Shown here piece by piece: positions 40,501 through 48,020 of a stretch of 64,000 nucleotides of DNA. Every line of letters begins with the position of its first letter. The first letter of the stretch is position 1. Location: positions 1,240,001 through 1,304,000 of the forward strand of contig CAKKNE010000005.1 of the NCBI GenBank assembly GCA_918797485.1, given 5' to 3'. Under the pieces are notes generated by a model. That model did no database searches, was not told the origin of the DNA, and worked only from the letters and a program-made list of their open reading frames with translations. Made by a program: the position numbers and the translations under genes. This stretch comes from Pelagomonas calceolata. Its lineage: Eukaryota.

Positions 40501-43500
40501 TGGCGACGATGCGGGCGACGGCTTTTAGTGGATCGACGACGACTGTCGAGGGCTCCTCCTTCGTAGAGGACACGCCGAGGAACCGCCCCAAGATTGGCTC
40601 CCTCGACGCCGCCAGGGCCACCGCTTCGCAATCGAAGCGCGCCACGCAAATGTTCCCCGACTTGCTGAGGGCCCCGTCCAGCGCTGACAAAGCGTCCTCC
40701 TCGGCCAAAGCGTCGTAGGGCGCGTTCGGCGTGCCACTACCATGATGCTTCGCCAATGACGCCATGCCGCAGCGCCAGGGCCCCCAGTTTATGGCGAGGC
40801 ACGTGCGCGGCCGCCGGCCTTTCACAGTAGATAAATACCGTGCCCGCGCGTCGAGGCCGCCATTACTGCAGGCGTAGTCCGTCTGGCCCGCGTTGCCCAG
40901 TAACGAAGATATGGATGAGAAGGCCACATCCATCTGAACCGGGGGCTTATGACAGGCTTGGCGCGCGGCGTCGACCGCCGCGCTCAGCAGCAAAGCCCCT
41001 TCCAATTTAGGCTTGAGGGCCTTCCGCAACGACTCCAGGTCGCGCGATGGTAACGCACCGTCGCCACAGAGGCCCGCCGCGTGTATCAAACCGTCTATCG
41101 AAGAACCATGTTCGACAGCGAACCTCGAGACACTTTCAGGAGAGGACACGTCGACTCTGTAGACCTCGCACCCGTCGACAGTTGTCGTGTTTCGAGCCAG
41201 CAAGAGTATGCGGGCGGCGCCCCGTTTTAATAAATGCTTGGCCGTACGCTGGCCGAGCGCTCCCGTGCCTCCGGAAATTGCAATGGTCAGACCGTTCACC
41301 GACACCGGCATGGATTCATCCACTGGTTGTAACCTCCTCACACTTATAGTATTCTTCTCGAGAAGGGCGTCATCTTCTCTATCGCTCAAGAGCTCCTCCG
41401 CGACGTCCTCGTGAGACGCGTCGTCCACGGCGAGCGTCCTTAAGACCAAAGCACTGCCCGCGAGGCCCGCTTCACGTCGAGCTGCTCTCATGAGCCCCTC
41501 GACGCACCCCGCGGCGATGGACGATGCCTCGCTCGCATCCGACGTGCACGCGACTAACCGACGGGGACCCCGCTGGTTGAGCGCGCACTTGAGCGCGGCC
41601 TGCAAGGCACCGGCCGTCGACGAGGCCATGGAGGCGACGCGCGATGCCCTTCTACAAGCGTCGTCGATCATGACCGTAGCATCTTGTGATGAAGGGATGA
41701 GGGGCGTCGCTTCTGAGGCCGGTCGCTCCTCCTCGGGAACGGCGACTTCCTGAACACATGTAGGCGCTAAGAACACGACGCAGTCCCAGGTCTGGGCCGT
41801 GGCCGCCGCCGCGAGGAGCGGCAGTTCGACGCAGCGCCCGCGTCTCTCTCGAACGTTCTCCCGGATGGCGACAGATAGTGGAGACTCTTCGTCTCGGAGG
41901 ACGAGCACCTGCAGCGCCGTCGCTCGTAATAACGAAGCGGGCACCCATTGTGATGAGAAGGTCCGTCCCGTCAAGTTTCTTTGTGGAGTCGTCGCCTCGC
42001 GTCGTTCCTCGAACCAGCATCGTTCGCCGACAAACACTGTGGGAGGCGCTTTCAGAGAGGATTCGGCTTCAGTGAGGTCCACGCCCTTTGTGAATAATTT
42101 TGATACGGCCTCCGCGAGGAGCGTGGGCTCGCTTCCCAAGCGTTTCGGCCCTCGCAGCGTGCAAACGACCTCACCGTCGACGTGGGGACTCAGATGCGGC
42201 GCGCAGCCCACTTCCACTATTATCAGACGCTTGGAAGACGACGCGCGTAAGGCGTTCAGGGCTTCCCTAAACCGCACTTTACTACGCAGCTGCCTTTTCC
42301 AATAGTCGTCGCCTTCGTCACTTAACCGGGCGCCGGTCACCGTCGAGTAGACGGCTACATTACTGGGTTGAAAGGTCACGGTGGGAAGGTCCTGCAAACA
42401 TCCGTCGACGCAGCGCGAGTGGTAGCCCGTGGCCGCTCGCAACCGCTTCGTCTTGAAGCCCTGCTCCGTTAACGCCTCAATAGCGACATCGACGGCCTCG
42501 ACCTCCCCAGCGATGGCGCAGCCATGCATCGAGTTGTCCGCCGCGACCTCGACATTAACAAGCGCTTCCACAGCTTCGGCCGAGGCGTTCACCGCGACCG
42601 TCGCACCTTCACTTGCTCTCGTAGCTACAGCTCGGCCCCTCAACACCACTAAGCGAGCCGCGTCATGCAAGGACAACACCCCAGCGACGCAGCAGGCCGC
42701 AATTTCACCTAGCGAGTGGCCTATGACAGCCTCAAGTTTTGTGGTTGTTTTCGCGAGGATTGATTTTGATAAAGCATAAGCAATACAGAAGCCGTAGGGC
42801 TGCGCTAGACTCGCGTCGTCCAATAATTCGTCGGCTGCGGCGTCTTTCCCCAATCTGTTCAAGTTTGAGACGTCCATATGTGTACTACAAGCGTGGACCG
42901 CGTCCTCGTACGCCGCGCGGAAGGCCTCGTCTCCCAACAACGACGTGACAGCCCCGGCGTAGGCCGCGCCCTGGCCCGTGAACACAAAAGCTAATGCGAC
43001 GTCTCCCTCATGCTCATTGATAGCGACTGTCTCGAGCGCCGCCGCGAGCGCCGCGCGACCACCCTTTGCAGGTACGACGGCCGCAGTTCTGTATCTACGT
43101 TTATTCAAAGAAGAGCGCTTCACTAAACACTTCGCCACGTCATCGACATTCTCCTTTTGAGACCATACTTTGATGCGCTTGCAGGTCGCTCGCAACGAAG
43201 CTGAGGAATGGGCCTCGAGCGGCACTACCAATGCTTCACTGTTGACGACCTCCTCCCGTCTCGTTACTTTACGGCCCGTGACCACGACATGCCCGAGAGC
43301 CCCGCCAAAGCCGAACGACGACACCCCGACCGCGCCTCCGCCGAGGTCCTCGTTTTTAGTAACAATAGTAATAGAAGACCAGTCGACGGCCGTGTTCGGC
43401 GTCTTGAAGTGTAAGGACCGCGGCACGACACCTTCACGAAGAGCGTGGCAGGCCTTGGCCAGACCGACTAATCCAGAACACCCCTCGAGGTGACCGATAT

Positions 43501-46500
43501 TCGTCTTGACCGAACCAGTTCGTACCATACCAGGGAAGTGCTTCCCCAGGGCGCCTAGTTCTATCGGATCACCGAGTTTCGTGCCCGTGCCGTGGGCTTC
43601 GATCAGTGCTACGGCTCCGTCATACGTAGAATAGGCCGCCCTTAATACGGCCTGTTGCGCTTTTGGATTGGGCGCCGTCAGGCCGTTGCTTCTACCGTCC
43701 TGGCCGATCCCGATGCCTACTATACCTTCAGTACCCCTTTCTAGTAAAAAAGCACCAACACCCTCGCCTCGGACGTAGCCGTCCGCGGCGTTATCACCAA
43801 ATTTGCATCGGTAGGACGGGCTTAGCATGCCCGCGGCCGCAAAACAGTCGGACCACTGCGGTCTCAGCTGTAGGTTCGCACCGCCGACTAGTACTGCAGA
43901 ACATTCGTTCCCATCCAATGAACGTTTCGCTACTGACAAACAAGTCAGGGACGAGGAGCAGGCCGTGTTTAGCGCTACGGACGGGCCCCTTAAATCAAAA
44001 GTGTAACTCACGCGATTCGGCGCCACGGCCGTGTGAGAGCCCGTCCCCGTGTAAGGTGATGGTTTATGCTGTTGCAGGTACGCGTAGTCCGACGTCTCGA
44101 TGGCGCAGAAGACGCCTATTTGGAGACCGTTGTCACTGTTCAAAGCCGGCGTGGCCCGGTAGCCCGCCGTTTCCAGGCTTTCCGCGCAGCACGCTAAGAA
44201 GAGTCTTTGCTGCGGGTCCGTGGCCGCCGCTTCCGCTCTCGACATCCCAAAAGCTTGAGCATCGAACATTGATACTGTAGAAGCCTTCAGGTAGGCTCCT
44301 GGCCTCCCCGTGTGCGGGCGGTCCGCCGGGACGCCTGTCACGCAATCTCTGCCGTCAAGTAAAGCCTTCCACAACTCTTGGGCGTCGCCGGCCGCCGTTC
44401 TTAGGGACATGGATGTGATCCGTAGAGCTTCACTAAGCGTTTGTTTTTTAAGTGGTAACGCCCGCTCGATTGCCACCACAGGAAATAATTTGGACAGGAC
44501 GTGGTCCCGGATGCCTCGCAGCGACACGCACTCGTAGGCCAGTGTGGGAGGTAACTTGAGAGAGAGGGCCTCGCTCAGCGACGCCGCCAAGGCGGTCGCT
44601 CCCAGCGACGTCACGCCTAGGGACGTCACGGCCGCGTCTAGCTCGAAGCGCGGCACGAGCGTCTTCATAAAGTCGTCCAATTGACGGATGCGGTTGCCCT
44701 CGTCCAAGGACTCGAGCGTCGCCCGCAGTGAGGATGCCGTTTCCGTGGGTGTACACATCGTAGCGGCGAGCGGGTGCGGTTCTGATCGACAAGCGGCGTA
44801 GCGCGCCCAGTTCATCGGCAGGACCGCCGCGGAGGATAATGAGGAGGTAGCTAACGCTGTAAGTGCCGAAAATCCCTCATCGAGCGAGAGCATGCCCAGG
44901 CCCGAGGCCTCTTGCATTTGAGCGAACTCCGAACCCAGGCGATGCGCCATGCCCGCTCCCGCCCACGTGCCCCAGGCGATGCTCAACGCCGGCAGTCCTT
45001 CACTACGTCGTTGGGCACACAAGGCGTCCTGGAAGGCGTTTGCGGCCGCGTACGCGCCGAGGCGCTCGTGGCCGAGCAAGCCATAGACCGACGTGAAGAC
45101 CACGAAGCGGTCCACTTCGTACTGTCGCGTCGCTGCATCCAAATTGCGGGAGCCTTGTACCTTCGGCGCCAGTACTTTAGCTAAATGTGTTTGATCAATC
45201 TCGGCGATAGATGCACTATCGAGCACGCCGGCGAGGTGCCACACGCTTATTGGTTTCTGGTAGGCCTTGGCCCTCTTTATTAATGAAAGAACGTCTTGTT
45301 CGTCGGTGATGTCGCATTGCACGTAGTGATCGCATTTTAACGTCTCGGGCTTCGTCGCCCGCCGGCCGGCGACGAGGACCGTGCCCGTGAGGCGCGCCGC
45401 CCAGGCCGCGCCGAGGCCGCCGGCGCCTCCCACAATCACGTGGACGCCTCCACCAACGTCGTCGCTGGCGTCGACCTCTACTTTTTGTAAACTGGGCACG
45501 AGGCGACTTCCTCTTCGCCACGCGGCCTCCGGCGTATTACATGAGAGCTCCTTCGGGATACTGTCTTCGTCATCAACGTCGACGACGCGCACGTCGACGC
45601 CTTCGGCTCTTGCTGCGCGACAGAGCCCCCACACCGCGCCCGCAGCTGGCCTTACGACGTCGTCATCATTGATGAAGAGACCGCGCGTCACGATAAGTAC
45701 GGAGTGGCCGCTGGTCGCTTGGAGCGCCGCGAGCACTTGCTTTATACAATATTCGGCTTCGCCGTCGACGACGACCACGAGCGCGCTCTCTGGTCTTAAC
45801 GCTTCGGCGATGCGTGTTCGCTCCTCGGTTAAAGTCCCGGTCATGGCCTCTAAACGCGTGTCGCCGAAGCTCGCCTCACCAATAACGACGACGTGGTTCG
45901 GCCTATTCAACGATTGCGCTGCAGCAGCGACCCACGATACATCATAGACGTGCTCGACGGGCTTTGACAAGTCCCGCTTCCGAAGTAAGGCCTTTGCGAC
46001 CTTGCCCGAGCCCGTGAGAGGGAGCGATTCCACTAGATCTATATGTGAAGGCACTTTGTAGTCCGCCAGGAATTTCGAGCAGTGACGACGCAGCGCCTCC
46101 GCTGTACAAGAACCGACAACCTTGGCGACCACGCGCTCGCCCATGGACTCGCAGGGCAACCCATAGACGCACGCCGTCTTCACGTGAGGATGGTCGTGCA
46201 GCACCCGTTCCACCTCACAGCAATAGACGTTCTCGGAACCGACCAGTATCATATCTTTCGCTCGGTCCACGATCGTGATGTAACCGTAACTATTGATAGT
46301 AGCTAAGTCGCCGGTCCGGAACCACTCTTTGTTGTAAAAGGCTTTTGAGGTGGCTTCGTCATTATTATCGTACCCTTGGAACACCGTAGGACCCCGGATC
46401 CAGACCTCCCCAACTTCTGATGCAGTGACGTCCACCGGTTGTTCAGTAGAGTCCCAGTTCCGCACCACCCTTAAATCAATCAACCCAAAGGCCTTGCCTG

Positions 46501-47665
46501 AGGTAGTGATGAGCTCGACGGGGTCGCCCTCGTTTATTATCGATGTTGAAATCTTCCCGCAACATTCGGTCATGCCGTAGGACAGGAAGAACTCGCACCC
46601 AAAAATGCGTTGGGCTTGCCGCACCGTTTCCGTTGATAGAGGAGCGCCGCCGCAGGACAGGAGTTCCAGGGACGTTGTGAGTGGTCGGGCGCAGCGCGGA
46701 TCTTTCAACAGTAGCGACACCATCGTCGACGCCATGTTCGTCACCGTGACGCCATGGTGACAGAGGGCGTCCAATGTCTTCGTCGCATCGAAGCTCGGTA
46801 ATATGAGATGCCTTCCTTGTACAAATGTGAGCGCGAAAATAGCATAAGCATCCACTAGATGGAACATCGGCGCCACGTGGAGCCAGACGTCTTTTGATGA
46901 GATGCGGTGCTCCACGATACATTGCAGAGCGTGGAGGAGCACGTTTCTTCTCGTGAGTACGACTCCTTTCGGTCGTCCTGACGTTCCAGACGTGTAGTAC
47001 ATCTCGGCGCTGGCTACGCTTAAAGCGTCGTCCGGTCGCTCGGGGACGGGTCCTTTCGACGCTACGTCTTCATACGTCGAAGCGTCCAGCGTTATTTGAT
47101 CACTCCGCGCTGCCGCCACGAGATCGCGATACATCCCATCCACAATTAACACCTTGCAGCCGGCGTGTTCTAAACACCATTTCAGTTCCGAAGGGGCCAA
47201 TCTTGGATTGCAGTTCAGCAGCGTGAGGCCGCCGAAGGCGCAGGCGTAGTGGGCCTCGAACGCGAGTAGCGAATTGGGCGCGACGAGACCGACGCGGTCG
47301 CCGGCTTTTAAGTGAAGCCGGAGCCAGCCGCCAATACGCGCGCATCTAGATCGTGTCTCGGCGTAGGACCGTCGCACGCCCGTGGCCAAATCGCGCAGCG
47401 CGTCGGCCCGGTCCGCGTCCGCGAGAAGCTGCCAGAGGTCGCAGGCCGCGCCGCGCAGGTGCGCCGCGAGCGCCGCTTGCGCTGCCGACGTGTCGGCCGT
47501 GCGCCGCTCGTCTTTGATCTCGAGGACGATGTTGCGCGGCGAGGCCGGTTTAGGTGGTGGTGGCGGGGGCTGCCCAATATTATTTTGCAGCGCATCGGCC
47601 GGCGGGTTCGCGCGGCTGCGCGCCTGCCGCGCCCAGCGGGCGGCCTGGCGCTCGGCCCGCGACAT
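37583..47665 (-). CDS. Hybrid megasynthase (~3360 aa): adenylation (acyl-CoA-ligase-like)-KR-ACP-KS-AT-KR-ACP-ACP-membrane/hexapeptide-repeat terminal domain
   Basis: A: YTSGTSGRPKG, SYGMTE, FRTGD, PLTGSGK. KR1: GGAGGLG, YAAAN. ACP1: LGVTSL. KS: TACSSS, HGTGT, NIGHLE. AT: FTGQG, GHSLG. KR2: GGTGALG, YACSN. ACP2/3: LGLDSL x2. Terminal: KWIVVGR..GRFPIW, three beta-helix blocks separated by hydrophobic helices, WAGNP. Confidence 0.93.
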   Translation of the reverse strand: MSRAERQAARWARQARSRANPPADALQNNIGQPPPPPPKPASPRNIVLEIKDERRTADTSAAQAALAAHLRGAACDLWQLLADADRADALRDLATGVRRSYAETRSRCARIGGWLRLHLKAGDRVGLVAPNSLLAFEAHYACAFGGLTLLNCNPRLAPSELKWCLEHAGCKVLIVDGMYRDLVAAARSDQITLDASTYEDVASKGPVPERPDDALSVASAEMYYTSGTSGRPKGVVLTRRNVLLHALQCIVEHRISSKDVWLHVAPMFHLVDAYAIFALTFVQGRHLILPSFDATKTLDALCHHGVTVTNMASTMVSLLLKDPRCARPLTTSLELLSCGGAPLSTETVRQAQRIFGCEFFLSYGMTECCGKISTSIINEGDPVELITTSGKAFGLIDLRVVRNWDSTEQPVDVTASEVGEVWIRGPTVFQGYDNNDEATSKAFYNKEWFRTGDLATINSYGYITIVDRAKDMILVGSENVYCCEVERVLHDHPHVKTACVYGLPCESMGERVVAKVVGSCTAEALRRHCSKFLADYKVPSHIDLVESLPLTGSGKVAKALLRKRDLSKPVEHVYDVSWVAAAAQSLNRPNHVVVIGEASFGDTRLEAMTGTLTEERTRIAEALRPESALVVVVDGEAEYCIKQVLAALQATSGHSVLIVTRGLFINDDDVVRPAAGAVWGLCRAARAEGVDVRVVDVDDEDSIPKELSCNTPEAAWRRGSRLVPSLQKVEVDASDDVGGGVHVIVGGAGGLGAAWAARLTGTVLVAGRRATKPETLKCDHYVQCDITDEQDVLSLIKRAKAYQKPISVWHLAGVLDSASIAEIDQTHLAKVLAPKVQGSRNLDAATRQYEVDRFVVFTSVYGLLGHERLGAYAAANAFQDALCAQRRSEGLPALSIAWGTWAGAGMAHRLGSEFAQMQEASGLGMLSLDEGFSALTALATSSLSSAAVLPMNWARYAACRSEPHPLAATMCTPTETASSLRATLESLDEGNRIRQLDDFMKTLVPRFELDAAVTSLGVTSLGATALAASLSEALSLKLPPTLAYECVSLRGIRDHVLSKLFPVVAIERALPLKKQTLSEALRITSMSLRTAAGDAQELWKALLDGRDCVTGVPADRPHTGRPGAYLKASTVSMFDAQAFGMSRAEAAATDPQQRLFLACCAESLETAGYRATPALNSDNGLQIGVFCAIETSDYAYLQQHKPSPYTGTGSHTAVAPNRVSYTFDLRGPSVALNTACSSSLTCLSVAKRSLDGNECSAVLVGGANLQLRPQWSDCFAAAGMLSPSYRCKFGDNAADGYVRGEGVGAFLLERGTEGIVGIGIGQDGRSNGLTAPNPKAQQAVLRAAYSTYDGAVALIEAHGTGTKLGDPIELGALGKHFPGMVRTGSVKTNIGHLEGCSGLVGLAKACHALREGVVPRSLHFKTPNTAVDWSSITIVTKNEDLGGGAVGVSSFGFGGALGHVVVTGRKVTRREEVVNSEALVVPLEAHSSASLRATCKRIKVWSQKENVDDVAKCLVKRSSLNKRRYRTAAVVPAKGGRAALAAALETVAINEHEGDVALAFVFTGQGAAYAGAVTSLLGDEAFRAAYEDAVHACSTHMDVSNLNRLGKDAAADELLDDASLAQPYGFCIAYALSKSILAKTTTKLEAVIGHSLGEIAACCVAGVLSLHDAARLVVLRGRAVATRASEGATVAVNASAEAVEALVNVEVAADNSMHGCAIAGEVEAVDVAIEALTEQGFKTKRLRAATGYHSRCVDGCLQDLPTVTFQPSNVAVYSTVTGARLSDEGDDYWKRQLRSKVRFREALNALRASSSKRLIIVEVGCAPHLSPHVDGEVVCTLRGPKRLGSEPTLLAEAVSKLFTKGVDLTEAESSLKAPPTVFVGERCWFEERREATTPQRNLTGRTFSSQWVPASLLRATALQVLVLRDEESPLSVAIRENVRERRGRCVELPLLAAAATAQTWDCVVFLAPTCVQEVAVPEEERPASEATPLIPSSQDATVMIDDACRRASRVASMASSTAGALQAALKCALNQRGPRRLVACTSDASEASSIAAGCVEGLMRAARREAGLAGSALVLRTLAVDDASHEDVAEELLSDREDDALLEKNTISVRRLQPVDESMPVSVNGLTIAISGGTGALGQRTAKHLLKRGAARILLLARNTTTVDGCEVYRVDVSSPESVSRFAVEHGSSIDGLIHAAGLCGDGALPSRDLESLRKALKPKLEGALLLSAAVDAARQACHKPPVQMDVAFSSISSLLGNAGQTDYACSNGGLDARARYLSTVKGRRPRTCLAINWGPWRCGMASLAKHHGSGTPNAPYDALAEEDALSALDGALSKSGNICVARFDCEAVALAASREPILGRFLGVSSTKEEPSTVVVDPLKAVARIVAKHTTVSSLTAATPLQTLGLDSLDAMACVRELNAVTGACLSVIDVLGAKTLGEVASLVPTSVESDCSTDVLDVLQRHCASTVEPQTRLASLGLDSLDAMAVVKDLSDATGKAWSVSDVLGAETLGDITLKAASRRAISVGKANEPKAEDKIPVKDLEEPCLLRRLWFTLLARIVGAQIAVCGAMPAFVLENYLPTRWRLAPKMWVLEARVGARVALWVEAQLPRPSRPYPGLPRNAFLRDQRLEFITTGLHAWTPSYVFIARFTIELCITGVVYYVLWCLGCHLACAVGKWIVVGRQRAGRFPIWESSIGYRNALWQSAVPLSFSAFWWHAPWLPPCIQIWFLRAMGCSVGSRCCLRGPIAWDAPPGDLLTIGDGVVMSPNATVDTTSLTSTTVITLGHVRIESNVKIGDGAEVRHGAHISEDAKVCAGAGCQTYVARSATFPENRVAVDTVVRCTDGKDAYPLPLLTFLVLMPLVHFICALPAVSLLLRAPLILRRRPVVFGLSVLGAALLRGILEPCALGLIVRMLQRKLERGKTYTLSRFFVSTHETRVFWRKLFIASCEAPFSFTPLCNVAWRWAGATVGQKGVVLSELHGAVDAPELIEIGSDSYLGAHVTLRPLKVEGSTVTAVGVTIGDGCFVGPNTLLQPGSMIKGATGANSIISSHEIVPDGRVAIGDAQKPCTLAWRPQRLDASTEWGWAFTSSLAMFATERLGHVVAVQAPRILLWVALGFVGRYPWSPPLHEVRVASLIHEAHTTPLLRVWLTLSTVASRNAALVLLLVACLVMADPLKPLTHVVFKWLVVGKATETSKVPLRSGQHLRWACVQKLARCPAVDGAWRHVYEYASIYASCVGFKLGSRVRFYPYPSLLLAGAAEADLVEIGDGTVTSAATYAHDFSMLHLAMKPTSIGRGCDLGLSRHGQVLPGSQLPAGTVIQAPGRATHLAGLCGEAHQAWAGNPLVRCAFPEAEYADAC

Positions 47666-48020
47666 GGCCCTTTGGCAGTGCTGTCGGCACAGCCTTATTT
47701 TGCTCGCACAAACTTGTTTCCTCTGAGCTAGGGTCCTCACCTAAGTGGTGATGCGAGGTCGACGCGCCGCTTGGGTCGCGGCACGGCTACTCGGCCGTCG
47801 AGCGATTTTTGCGGGCGAGGAGTGCTTAGGAGGAGTGTTCAGGAGCCTAGTGGCGTGGCTGCCAGGCTGAGCCCGCAGAGCCGCGCGGGGAGACAACATT
47901 TAGCTTGCCCGGCAAGCGCCACATAACTCCTCCCCGTGGAGCCGGGCAGCCTTCCCGAGTGCGCGGCAAGCAGCACCGGCAGCCACACGAAGGCAGCCAG
48001 CGCGGAAAAATCTGGGGAGC

